A stretch of DNA of 64,000 nt. Origin: Octopus sinensis. Lineage: Eukaryota. The stretch covers positions 1,648 through 65,647 of the forward strand of contig NW_021824834.1 of the NCBI RefSeq assembly GCF_006345805.1, in the 5' to 3' direction. Position numbers and translations under genes: made by a program. Of the stretch, positions 27,073 to 40,112 are shown piece by piece; positions within the stretch are counted from its first letter, which is position 1; every line of letters starts with the position of its first letter. The notes beneath the pieces were generated by a model that searched no databases, was not told the origin of the DNA, and saw nothing but the letters and a program-made list of their open reading frames with translations.

Positions 27073-27401
27073 TATACTAAAGTATTTGCATTCTGTATAT
27101 CATAATTAACGCCGATATACTGAAGATAGCTTGGAAACTGAGGTATTCGTCTCGAGAAAGAATCTCATATAGACGAGTTAAATAACGCTTCTTTGAGGGC
27201 CAGCTGTTATTATATAATTCTATTTCATGATTATTTGTCATACAACACTACTCTATAAGCGTTCATTATAGTTTGCTATTTCTAATTGTCTATTATACAA
27301 ATCTACTTTATAATTGTTTACTGTACAATGGTACTTTATATTTCTTCATTATAGGACGCTTCTTTACAATTGTTTATTTTATTATTATTTTTATTATATA
27401 T

Positions 27402-27566
27402 ACGACAGGCTTCTTTCAGTTTCCCTCTACCAAATCCACTCACAAGGCATTGGTCGGCCCGGGGCTATATCAGAAGACACTTGCCCAATATGCCACGCAG
27501 TGGGACTGAACCCGCAACCATGTGGTTGGTCTGCAAGCTACTTACCACACAGCCACTCCTGCGCCT
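27402..27566 (-). mobile_element. Family A SINE, 5' half
   Basis: tacttaccacacagccactcctgcgcct head and CORE-like block. Confidence 0.8.
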
Positions 27567-28155
27567 AGATGTTTATATTACTTTTTTGTATACGCATTGG
27601 CATTCCGCTAAATCATCCATAGATTTCTATGGTAAATACATATATGCTGACAAGCGGAATTAGCCAACACGAGTCGATAGGACGGCTTTCACTGATGAAG
27701 CGTTTAGTTCGATAGATTCTCGCTTCGGTTATGGGGAGTTTTCTTCCCCTGTCAACGTATGTGTATACATTTGCGCACTTCCTACGACACAAGGAGTATT
27801 TTATTCTAATTTTTAGCAATGTAGGTGTCTCAGCACGCTTAGTCACATTTAGTGACTGTTTCTTTGTGGTAATATATTGCGCCCAGCTGTTTATAATAAT
27901 TAATTATACGATTAATTATACGATTTCGAGTTTTAACGCACAGCAGCTTAATCGTGGCTTTTGAGTTGTTTTAACTCTTGTTTCTAGCAATAACTGGTGC
28001 TGGTCAGTACCCTCCGTCACTTTAGTGACCTCTATTAATTTTGCCTTAAGGTTCTAATTGCTAATAAGCCACCCACTTAATCTGTTGTCTACACTTTTAC
28101 TGCTTTGAAAAACAGCACAGGTTTTCAACAGTTGTTCTTATAAAACTGACTGAGC

Positions 28156-28701
28156 TAGGTGTTAAGAGTCGCTGATGCTATGCATCAAAATCTGTACGCT
28201 GGAGACTTACCTCCCTTAGTCAGTCATTAAGTACAGTGCTTTGTGGCTTTTGAGTTGTTCTAACTCTTCTTTCTAGCAATAGCTGGTGCTGGTCAGTACC
28301 CTCCGTCGCTTTTGTGACCTTTATAAATTTGTATATAAAGATTATATTCTTCCACTACAACAGCTACTGTTCCTCTGAATTGTAGTGACTCTGTACTGCT
28401 CCCACTTAAACCCACAAATTTTATCTTTACTTCCACCACTTACCAGCCCCGCTTTGTCTCTAAAACTCAACACTAAACTCCTCTTCAATCGTCCCTTTAC
28501 CAAAACTTTCATCCATCTCCATTTTAAATTTATGTCAACCTCCGCCCCACCCGTTCCACTTTAGCTATAACCATTTATTGCTAGAAACAAGAGTTAGAAC
28601 AACTCAAAAGCCACAAAGCACTGTACTTAATGACTGACTAAGGGAGGTAAGTCTCCAGCGTACAGATTTTGATGCATAGCATCAGCGACTCTTAACACCT
28701 A
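28156..28701. repeat. 126-bp near-perfect inverted repeat with 294-bp spacer
   Basis: 28156-28281 versus 28576-28701, one mismatch by manual alignment. Part of the arm also recurs as a direct repeat near 27955-28035. Confidence 0.9.
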
Positions 28702-28949
28702 AAGTTAAACTCAACTAGCTCACATCCATCATCAAACAGGCTCAGGAAAGCTCTCGGCCACTTATTCCATTTCTTTTTAAAATAAAATATCATACCTGTT
28801 GGTTTTCATCCTTTTTACGATCGGGACAATTCTTAAATAAATAAAAAAATATATATTTATGTATTAATTTATTTTGATTTTGCTTTTTGATATAGCTTTT
28901 AGAAGCGACATTGTTATTTATTACAGTTATTGATTTCAAATATAAGCAC

Positions 28950-29150
28950 AAGGCCAGCAATTCCGTGCGAGGGGACTAGTCGATTACATCGACCCAAGTT
29001 TTCAACTGATATTCATTTTATCGACTCCAAAATGTTAAAAGGAAAAAAAATCGACCACAGCGGAATTCGAACTCAGAAAGTAAAGACGGACTTAATACCG
29101 TTGAGCATTTGTATCCGGCGTACTAACGATTCTGCCAGCTCACTGCCTTG
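28950..29150 (-). mobile_element. Family B SINE (gccttgtgc..tttgaaa tail), diverged
   Basis: gtcgattacatcgaccc..gaactcagaa..gattctgccagctcactgcc. Confidence 0.7.
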
Positions 29151-29494
29151 TTATCTAGCATGTAATAAAACGCAATGTGACCTGTCGGTCATCCTAGAGC
29201 GAAAGAAGAGTAAAACAACAAACGGAGTGAGCGTTAGTGATACTCAGAGGCAGTGAAGCAGGAGGACAACTTTCAAAAGTTTTGCTCTAAAGACGATGGT
29301 AATTTATTCAAAATAAAACTGCAAATTTCTATTGTAAATAGTATTTATTTTTATCAATTTCATACACATATACACATGCACATACGCACAGATATATAAA
29401 CATATACATGAAATTAAATATTAACTAGTTTTCTTTATCATTATTGTTCACATAACCTTTATATAAATGTTATGCGAACGATAATGTATATATA

Positions 29495-29586
29495 TATATT
29501 TCTTTACTACCCACAAGGAGCTAAACCCAGAGGGGACAAGCAAGGACAGACAAACGGATTAAGTCGATTATATCGACCCCAGTGCG

Positions 29587-29667
<81 letters not shown>

Positions 29668-29809
29668 GAAACGTTAGCACGCCGGGTGAAAATGCGTAGC
29701 TGTATTTCGTCTGTTCTGAGTTCAAATTCCGCCGTAATGTTCTGAGTTCAAATTCCGCCGAGGTCGACTTTGCCTTTCATCCTTTCGGGGTTGATAAATT
29801 AAGTACCAG
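29495..29809. mobile_element. Family B SINE fragments in both orientations, abutting the PLE
   Basis: Minus tail at 29495-29590 and plus head/body at 29660-29809. Confidence 0.7.
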
Positions 29810-30370
29810 AATATCTTCAACATTGCCAAAGCAAACCTATCAATCATTGCCCAAAGTAATGAATTAAAAGACATAATCACGGATCGGGCTATGGTTCTTA
29901 GTAAAAGACAGCCTAAAAACTTGAAAAAATTACTAACAAAGGCAAAATTTGACCTTAGCAACAAAGACCAAACATTCACTGTATCTAAATGCAATGATAG
30001 CCGATGTGGCACATGCCAATTCATACATACTGGCCAATATATAAATACAAAAACCGGGAAAATATTCACAAACGCGAATATGAACTGCAAAAGCAGAAAT
30101 TTAATTTACTGCATCAAATGCCCAAATTGTGAAGAAATATATGTAGGTCAGACGGGAAATGCACTATCAGAACGCTCACGTGTACACCGGCAACAGATTA
30201 GAGACCCAGAGGTCCGTCAGATACCTTTGAGTAACCACCTAGCAACATGTGGTCGGAAAATGTATATAATATTTCCGTTCTACAAATTACACAGCCCAAG
30301 TGAAATCGAGAGGAGAATCAGAGAAAAGAATTTTATTGATAAATTGGAACCCAAGCTAAATAAGCAATAA
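29810..30370 (+). CDS. PLE GIY-YIG endonuclease domain with upstream Cys motif (5'-truncated, 187-codon open frame)
   Basis: KC..SRCGTC linker, NCKSRNLIYCIKCPNC..YVGQTG..L..R..HR, NH...C, RRIREKNFI..LEPKLN. Confidence 0.85.
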   Translation, partial: NIFNIAKANLSIIAQSNELKDIITDRAMVLSKRQPKNLKKLLTKAKFDLSNKDQTFTVSKCNDSRCGTCQFIHTGQYINTKTGKIFTNANMNCKSRNLIYCIKCPNCEEIYVGQTGNALSERSRVHRQQIRDPEVRQIPLSNHLATCGRKMYIIFPFYKLHSPSEIERRIREKNFIDKLEPKLNKQ

Positions 30371-30653
30371 TAATAATACTTAGAGGTATTACTTCCACTG
30401 CTACGACCATGACCACTAACAACAACAACAATACTAAAGGTGATCAAGATGAAGATAGCAGGAAAATTATCTCATTTAGGGTTAAAAGTTCTATTGCCAC
30501 CACCATCACCACTAGCAACAATAATTAAGGTGCTGACAATGATGGTGATGACAATTGAAATATAAAAATATAAAAATCCCTGACAAAGGCTATTTACAAC
30601 ATTTCTAAAAATAGCCCAACAATTGCTGCCTCGCCCAAAGCGTGACATCTAAA

Positions 30654-30780
30654 CCAATCAGCTTAAGTAATTGAGTGATACTACAGACTGATTGGTCAGA
30701 ATACAGTTTGCAAAACCTAGCAATCTGGAGCCTACCCAGCTGTATTTAAGGCACAGATTCAATCATCTCGCTACAGTCAA
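30654..30780 (+). promoter_or_regulatory. Putative Pol II promoter in the PLE pseudo-LTR
   Basis: CCAATCA at 30654, reverse CCAAT (ctgattgg) at 30688, TATTTAAG at 30743 and an Inr-like CAGTC about 30 nt downstream. Confidence 0.4.
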
Positions 30781-30813
30781 AAATTGTGAAGCATGACTGT
30801 CACCACTACTACA

Positions 30814-30858
30814 TGAACCCGAAGATTGCAGAATTTAATGCATGAAAGTACTAGTTCA
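30814..30858 (+). ncRNA. Minimal hammerhead ribozyme of the PLE
   Basis: ugaac-CCGAAGA-U-UGCA(gaauuuaa)UGCA-U-GAA-AGUACU-A-guuca. Stem I 5 bp, palindromic helix III, CUA triplet, U4C variant. Confidence 0.75.
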
Positions 30859-31057
30859 ATCAGAATGAACATTTAACATTCTACTATTTTATTTTATTTT
30901 ATTTTATTCTATTATATTATATTATCTTATAATGTATCATTATAAGATTGTAAATAAAACGTGAAAATCAGACAAGGTTGGAATTCCTTTTATTAATATA
31001 TTCTTCTATACACAATCACACACACCCATATATATATATATATATTATATATATATA

Positions 31058-31097
<40 letters not shown>

Positions 31098-31113
31098 TAT
31101 ATTTATGTCTATG

Positions 31114-31217
<104 letters not shown>

Positions 31218-31574
31218 CATATATATATACATACATACATGTCCATTTTTCCCATTATTACCCAGTTTCATACAAGCCCTTATTTCCTTTTAAGTAAAAG
31301 ATAATATATCTTATTGATTTCATCGATCTAAAAAAATTGTAAACAAACATCCGGGCACACACATTCGCACACGCACACACACGTGTGTACATGCACATAC
31401 AAAGGTGTATATATAAATATGTAAGCGTATGTATGAGCGTATATATATGTATATATATATATATATTATATTATATTACTTTCATTCTCTCTTTATGTGT
31501 GTGTGTGTGTATGTGTGTGTGTGTATGTGTGTATGTGTGTGTATGCGCGCGTGTGTGTGTGTGTGTTTGGGTCT

Positions 31575-31770
31575 GTCCTCAACACCGCTTGACAACCGTC
31601 TAGGTTTGTTTACGCACCCGTAACCTAGCGGTTCGGCAAAAGAGGCTGATAGCTTAAGTACCAGATTTCAAAACACATAAATACTAGGGCGCGATATTTT
31701 CGGCTAAAACCCTTCAAGGCGGCGACCCGGCATGGCTGCAGGCAAATGATCGAAACAATTGGAAGAGATA
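31575..31770 (+). mobile_element. Family A SINE, 3' half
   Basis: gcttgacaacc..cttagcggttcggcaaaagag..cagcatggctgcag. Confidence 0.65.
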
Positions 31771-31839
31771 AAAGAAAGTGATGCGGGCAGAGTTACAAGA
31801 TATAATTGTAGCTGTTTTGTTGTTGGTATCTTCTGGGGT

Positions 31840-32180
31840 GTGAAGGCGCATGGCTCAGTGACTAGAGCGGCGATTTTACGACCGTGAGGTTGTGAGTTCG
31901 AATCTCGGACCGGACTGTGTATTGTGTTCTTGAGCAAGACACTTTATTTCACTTTGCTCCAGTTCACTCAGCTGTAGAAATTAGTTGCGACGTCACTGAT
32001 GCCAAGCTGTATCGGCCCCTATGCCTTTCCCTTGGATAACACTGGTGACGTGGAGAGCGGAGACCGGTATGCATGGGTGACTGCTCGTCTTTCATAAACA
32101 AACTTGCCCGGACTTGTGCCTTGGAGAGTAATTTTCTTGGTGCAATCCTATAGTCATTCGTGACCGAAGGGGGTCTCCGC
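31840..32180 (+). mobile_element. Family D SINE, full length, own tail
   Basis: 12-bp TSD atcttctggggt at 31828-31839 and 32181-32192. tRNA-like head and ttgtgttcttgagcaagacac central block. Confidence 0.85.
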
Positions 32181-32199
32181 ATCTTCTGGGGTCAACCAT

Positions 32200-34248
32200 G
32201 ACTATTATCAAAAGCATCCCAGTCATGACCTCTCGTCTTTCTCCTGGGTATTACATATTTCAAATACATAATCCAATGTGTCCTTCCTTTTTTGAACTGC
32301 ACAGGTGCTCTTTCATTGGTGTGTATAGTTTTGTATTATTTTTGCAACAATATTTAGTGGGAATGTCTCATGTCCAAGGAAGTGGTGTACATGTCTTTGT
32401 GATGAGGAGCCTGTTTTACTCATTTCTTATAACCACAAACTGATTCTGCTAAAGAACCGTCGCAGGAGTCTCTCTTTTGCAACTTTACTTATCAGAAAAT
32501 GCAGTAAAATCACCCTCAAATCATAAGCCTATTGGTTTGATACAAAAAAAAGACACAGTGGATAATGTATGTACGTTTTTCTTTGAGTTTTGTTCAAGTT
32601 TTTAAGAGAGTTCAAACTGGTCGCTAGCAAAGTGACAAAACGTTCTGAGTTAAGAGAGTTCCTGGTGTTTGCAAAGATGTGATTGAATTGTTGTGTTGAT
32701 TGAACTGTCGAAACACACACCCAAATGTTTGCGACTACTCATCTAAAGACTCTAAGGACAAATCTTCCTTGTGTGCAAATACTTCAGATTTGGAGAAAGC
32801 GCTTTAGTTTAATTTGGTCTTTCTTTAAAAAACCTAGTATTTCCAGGTTTTTGTGTAAATCTGTAGGTAAGTAGACTAATCCACGTATGATGATAGGTAC
32901 AAAGGCCAGTCTAGTCTCGCTTGAGTCGCATGAGACAGTTGTATCTGCTTATCAGTTTAAGAACTACTCTGAAGATTTTGTTATTCTCATATTGAGTATG
33001 AATGTAATGTACGCATTTCTTTTTTTACTGCTCAGCAGGCGTTGTCTCAGTGATACAATGCGACATTCAAAGACTATTTGGATTGACATTATGCTTCAGC
33101 TGCCATCTCTTCGTTACACATAGATCATATCTGTGCTGCTATTGATACCAGTGGTGGTCGCTGCCAGTGATGGTCAGTATTTTTCTAGTTTTGGTGCCCA
33201 GGCTGCGGATCTCATCAATTGTCCAGTCGAATATCCCAAATGTTGGTACGAGTACTGGCGCTGCAAAGGTCTTGTTAAATGCAGGCAGCTCTGAGTTTTA
33301 TATTTTTCGGAGTCTGCAAAACTCTTTTCTTATTCTGGTTTTACTCACAGCATCATCGTACGCAACATTCTCATCGATTCCGAGATATATAGTTTTTATC
33401 ATAAAAGGTAGGGGAAATATACAAGCCAATGATTCATATGTTCTCTGTCTGGTCGACAACCATTCTTTGGTTGACTGTCATGTATGAGCATTTATTTCGC
33501 CCAAACTCCATTCCTTTGTCCCTTGAGAATGTTGTGACCAATTGTCTTTTTATATATTGTTCATGTAACCAGAATATAACTTCAGATCATCAACAAAAAA
33601 TGTCCTGGTGATATTAATTTGTTTTTTTGTTTTTTTGCATATCTCATCATGTAGCCTTGGCATTTTGTTAGCAAACAATATTGCAGATAAACTATCACCG
33701 TGGAATTATACCTGTCGATAGCTTAATTCTGTTTGTAACCATAGGTATTGCTGAAGTAGTTGTCAGTGGTATTCACAATAGCAGCTAGTTCTTTGTTCTA
33801 TTGTAATGATTCTACCATTCATAAGCGGAGAACAGAGTCGAACGCCTTCTCGTAGTCTATCCGTATTGTTAAGAGATTACTGTGATGTCGCTTGGTTTCC
33901 TTAAAGATAACTTTGTTCATGAGGAGGTGTCCAGCACAGCTCCAGACTCCTCTCTTTCTTCCTGCCTGTTCATCAGTTATTGCACCATTTGTTTTGCAAT
34001 GGTCTTAGAGAAGCATATTCAGACAACCTGTATGCAGTATATACTCAGTATTCAAGTATGCTATGGGCCTGTAGTTTTTTGCCACACGGGTTTCTTTGTT
34101 CTTAGGGACAAGAGTAATCCGTCAACCAATCTAGTGTATCTAGCTCCGCGTCCATTTTGTTTTCAACAGGTTCCTGAGAATCTCCCTATACATCGTGAGA
34201 TTCTTGTACGAGTATCCTACTACCTGGTCACTCCCCAGTGATTTTCCA
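32200..34248 (-). mobile_element. Decayed R4/Dong-like non-LTR retrotransposon RT region
   Basis: Manual translation: WKS.GSDQV, KNYRPIAYLNT, TDEQAG, IDYEKAFDSV, HGDSLSAILF, FVDDLKLYS, MEFG.NKC, with many stops and frameshifts. Confidence 0.7.
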
Positions 34249-34830
<582 letters not shown>

Positions 34831-34879
34831 AACTTTGATCTACCAATACACGTACCTAAACAAAACTTTCTCTATCCAA

Positions 34880-37800
34880 AAGGGATTTCCAGCCTAGTAT
34901 TTACATGTTATTATTTATAGTTTTAAGGGATGCACTACGAGCTCCAATTTCCAAAGAAGAATTCTTTCCTGTTCTCTCGAAAGCAACAATTCCCAAAACC
35001 GCCATCACCTTCGCAAGAAGTAAACCTGCTATGTTACCCAAAGCACCACGAAAACCCTCAAACTCAACAAAAAAAAAAAAAAAAATACAGCAACAGCAAA
35101 TTACCAAACACACAAAAGAAGTCATCAATTTCAACATTATAAACAAAATTAACAGTGGTTGGAAGGACTACGGAAAGAAATATAAAGACTAAACGGAAAC
35201 AAGAGGAGAATTTGAGAATCTTATTCTTATAATCTTTAAAGACAGATTAATCATCAACGAAAACGTCAAGAAATATTTAACGTACTCTCTTGGACAATTT
35301 CTCAAGGAATACTGAGATTTTTATAACAAGACTCTATTACAAGGACCTTTTAAGGGATTCTCCTAGAAAAGGATGCTGACTATCTACCTTCTCAATGACG
35401 AAGGTGATTAAATTCTCCTATTTTCTCCTAAGTAAATTGGTGTCACTCGAAGTAGGATGTGCAAATGCTACACTTTCTGGTGTCCCTTTTGAAGCAAGAT
35501 AACTTGTTCAACGGTTTCACTAAACATAAATATGGTAGCCTTTATCGAGATCATAATTTCTACAATGCATGCACTCAATCCCATTTTTGACAAGGTATAC
35601 TCCTCTTGGGGCCTTAGAGAAATGGACGCTGGGGTAGCCGTGATTTTCTGGCAATCATATGTTTAGAGCTAAAATTGATCATCCTAGATCCGGGCCTTTA
35701 GCCAGTGGTTTGGGATGTAAAAGATAGCAAAGACAGTACCTTCAAACTAGAAGTCATCTATGCAACCACCGGAGGATGACCAGACGTCTACAAAACGTTG
35801 AGGGGACATACTTCTTATTACTAGTAGGAAACTGGAATTATATTTTAGACGCACAATGGGATTGTGTCGGTTAGACTCATAGGAGGAGACGGTGCACAAA
35901 TCTTGAAACCCTGCTCAAACATTATTTTCAGCTGTCTAATGAGTACTAACTGAATTTCTCGAATGTGCCAAAGTGTACAAGTAGCACATACAAAAGGTCA
36001 CCCAGATCGTACCAAAAAGAGTGTTTGTCAGTTTATCAGACAGAAATAGCGTATAATGTCCACATTTTAAACTAGTCGATTACACAGTCCACAAATTTTG
36101 TGAACTCGCTGTCGACTTAGAAAGGACTCATAAACAAGGACCCAGTAACTGAATGCGTTTTTCCGCGAGTGCAAGGGCTACAGAGGCAAATTAGTAAGCT
36201 AGTCAAACAGCAGTTGATGGGACAATTGCCAACAACAGGTGATGAGATGCACTTAAGAAGAGCGATTAATATGAGTTGGTAGCATTTAGAAAAATGCTAG
36301 TGTGAGAGAGAAAGAGATTAGAGAGGAAGCAAGATAGCAAGATAGCAAGCTAGAAGAGGTGACTGACGTCCCAGCGACAAGAATGAGCCTCGACCGTTTC
36401 TTCAATACGAAACACAAAAACTGCGTTGTCAGAGATAGTACTCGAGCAATAAAGCAAGACAGAATGAAAGCATTTCGGCGGGCACAGCTGGTAAAGTACG
36501 ATATGGTAACAAAGCCACGATTTGACGAACCAATATGGGCGCGTTACTATTCAATTCAAAGCAGATGTATGTGGCATTACAACAGCAATTTTTGCTCGAC
36601 TGTTTGGAGTGAGCGACAGGTCAAGGAAAGCTATGGACTTCAGTGTCTACCTCAGCAATCTGTCGCGGCTCTCGGTATAAGGTACAAGGCTAATCATAGC
36701 AACTGAGATACAGGTGGTAGTGAGTGATTGTGCCAAGGACAAATCGCCTTGATTGAATGGTCTGCACTATGATTTTTTATGGTTTTATGCCTTACTTGTT
36801 TAGGGAGTTCCTACCGAACGTTTACCAGAAACCGATTGCAAAATGAATTTCCTGTACTGTAGATGACGGTGTGTTAACGCTGTTGAGTAAGAACGCCAGA
36901 AAAGAGGACATTAAAGAGAGTTTGTGGTATATGATCCTGCTAAATGCAGGGCTTAAGATTTTGGCTAAGGTGTTAGTAGATACGTTGGAACTTGATGTCA
37001 GTGAAGTGATCGAGGAAACACAAATTTCTGTGATCCCCGATAGATCCATCTAGAGCATATGAACCTTCATAGAGGGAATGAGAAATAAATCTGACTTTGG
37101 TTGGGCACTAATCTATTTCGATCAGTCGAAAGCTTTTGATAGGCTAACTGTCTCTACTTGGCAATAGGTCTAAAAGCAGTCGGTTTCAGACCCGTTTTCA
37201 GAGTCTGGATGGCGGCAATGTACGGTGGCACTTCCTCGGTGGTCAAAGTGAACGATCATCCGTCAGGAATATACTCTCCTGTCTCGTTTATACATACTGG
37301 CTCTCGGTCCGTTGAGGACTCTGAAGGGGCATCCTTTTTTGAGCTGGGGTGCAGGAGCACTGCGTCGGCATATGCAGATTGTATCGCTGTGATGGTGTAG
37401 GACTCCACAAGGATGGAAGTAATCAGCACTATTCTAAAGCAAAGATAAATTTGAACAAGACTGCGGGATTGCAGCGCGGAACCCTGAGAGCCAAGTCTAA
37501 GCTGTTGAAGTTCGTTGTAGGTCGCTAGACAGACGGACCGGTTAAATTGCGTGTGGTTCGATCTTCCAAGTGAACAGAACTGGAAGAGATTACGAGCATG
37601 GGAACTTAGAAATGAGCTGAGAGAAGGTTATCCATGAATGACTGAGCAAAAGTGACGAAAGCCTACATTGCCACAGTCAGAACTTACCGCCTAACTATTG
37701 AGCCTTGCTTCAGGACTCGCTTGGCCAGATTGGACCATCTACTTCGCTTCCTGTAGAAGAGACGCGTCCCAGTGGTTAGGCGGTTCATCTGTTGCCAACA

Positions 37801-38855
37801 CGCTCTGGAAAGCGGACTCGGATTGTTGTGGCTGCTGCTCTGCAGTCACGCGCTGAAACTGCTGCATCACCTGCAGAGTTTACTCCACGGTGAACAGGTA
37901 TGGTCTCCGTTTCTAATGCAAGTTTTCCTGCAGCTTATTTGTTTAATGAAGCAGCAGTCTTGTGTCAGGAGAAGATCATTTGAGTGCTTGACATCTGCAG
38001 TCGAGAGAAGTTGCACTTTAGCAATATATAAGCACTAGTCGTGAAAAGAAAGGTAATCTCGGGGAAACTCTAGGCATCAACGAAGACTTACTAGCTGAAT
38101 TGTTTCAGAAGAATTTCTAGTTAGTAAATGCGTTGCATAACTTCCAAAAATTCTTGACCTGGCAGTGCTACCTAAGGGTACTACTGGTTCGAGTTAAACT
38201 CTACAAGCGCGGAAGTGCAACCAAGAGAAACTGTCCGAAATGTGTGCAGTGGGACAAAACTGTACTGCACGCACTCGTGCAATATTCAGAGCATTGTTCA
38301 CATGTGCAGTTATGTTCAACAGCTGTTGTTGCGAGCAGAACGAATTCGGCTGTCGGCCAGGTCCATCGTGAAGACCACCCTCTAGGACAGGCATTATTCC
38401 TCTTTTCGGTGACTATAGCGAAAAATGTGTGGTGATCGAGTCTGACAGGCTTAAGCACAGACACCTTTTTCTTTGGTCGGGCCCTCATCAACTTTTTCAT
38501 GTTTCACTTGAAAAGAAAAGTGAGAGCGAATTTTTCAAAAGGTGGGTGACTAGCAAAAATGGTCAGGTCGAAAGGAAGTACTCTAAGCATGCGACTGTAG
38601 AGTAGAGAATAAGAGTTCAGCGAGAGTTTGTGCACTTCGTGGTCAGGTTGACCGTAGATCTGAGGAGTCCCTTGGTTCATCTAAGTTGGAGGCTTTTCTG
38701 TATCAGGAGGACTGTATCATTCATGGTTTCACGTTTTGTATACTGTGCATACTTTTCTCATTTTCTTCTCCTCGTTTTTTTTATATTTAAACTCCCCGCA
38801 CAAATTGTAAAATATCCTTGTAATGTCCCTCTCATCAGACGCTTTCGTGTCTAGA
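34880..38855 (+). mobile_element. Long, heavily decayed L1/Tx1-clade LINE
   Basis: APE-like motifs near 35600-35900 (GVAV, DP.G, Y.T, LVGNWN.ILD), RT near 36800-37450 (LLNAGLKILAKVL, DQSKAFDR, AYAD), C-terminal CPKC..VLHAL near 38230. Homologous to 1-1010. Confidence 0.75.
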
Positions 38856-38884
38856 AATTATTATTATTGCTGGAAATTATTAAG

Positions 38885-39480
38885 TAAAAGAAGCTATTAT
38901 AATTATTTGCAGTTCTGAGTTTAAATTTTGCCGAAGTCAACTTTGCCTTTCATTCTTTCAGAGTTGTTGAAATAAGGACCAATCGTATACTGTGTTTGAT
39001 GTAATCGTCTAAACCCCTCTCCCAAAATTTCAGTCTTTGTGCTTATAATAGAAAGGAGTATTAATCGCAGTTCACTTGTTGTTTGGATATTATTTCAAAC
39101 AGCAACTTTTATTGAAGATTTTGGATCCACTACCGCGGTTAGACAAGGTCAGATTTTTAAAATTATTTCCAGATTTATTTCAGCTTCACATTACACGGGG
39201 ACCACGTTCAAAAGAAATTACATTGAACAAAATAATTATCTAACAAAAACGAATATCACATGATATAGTTTCAAATTTTGGCAGAAGACCAGCAATTTCA
39301 GAAGAGAGGGATAATCGATTATATCGACCCCAGTATTCAACTGGTACTTATTTTATCGACTCCGAAAGGATGAAAGACAAAGTCGACCTTGGCAGAATTT
39401 GAACTCAGAACGTAAAGACAGACGAAATGCCGTTAAATATTTTTGCCGGCTTGCTAACGATTCTGCCAGCTCACCGCTTT
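38885..39480. mobile_element. Inverted pair of diverged family B SINEs
   Basis: Plus copy at 38885-39060 and minus copy at 39265-39480. Confidence 0.65.
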
Positions 39481-39773
39481 AATATCACAAAATATTAACG
39501 ATCACAAAGAAATTGCAAAATATGAAAACAAATTCTAACATTTCAAGAAAGCAAAAAAGCATGGCACACAACATGCTTGACCTTAAAGAAGAGTAACAAT
39601 AGCAGGACCCAATTAAGCGAAACAGCCCTATACAGCAGTACAAACCTATCCACTTGTATGTATGGAGACCGGATGGAAGATTAAGGCGATCTGTAGACAT
39701 TTAAGAAAAGTTTTTAAAATATTGTTATATTTTTCTTGCCAAATAACCACACGCAGTATACATTGGGTCTTGA

Positions 39774-40112
39774 CTCGTTTATTATTGTTCTTATTTTATC
39801 TTATGTGCATTGTCTGGAAATCTTTTGTCACACATTTGTGACCTCTTCAGCGACTCTTCCATCCACGTGTATCCTCCTGTTCTGTTCAATCCATTTTGTT
39901 TCTCTATGATGTATATCATTATCTGATAGATGTGTATCCATGATGTGTATCCTTACCTGGCAGATAAGGATACACATCATAGAAAGACAGAATGGACTAA
40001 ACAGAACAGGAAGGTACACGTGGGTGGAAGAGCCGGTGAAGAGGTCACAGATGTGTGACGAAAGATTTCCAGATAATGGACATAAGATAAAATAAGAACA
40101 ATAACAAATGAA
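39774..40112. repeat. Foldback/MITE-like palindrome, arms about 145 bp
   Basis: 39774-39921 is an imperfect reverse complement (roughly 85 percent, mostly transitions) of 39966-40112. Confidence 0.85.

Larger units (their letters stand above)
29810..30990 (+). mobile_element. Penelope-like element (Neptune-type), 3' end with pseudo-LTR
   Basis: GIY-YIG frame followed by a non-coding region with promoter motifs and a hammerhead, ending at a (TA)n tract. Confidence 0.8.
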
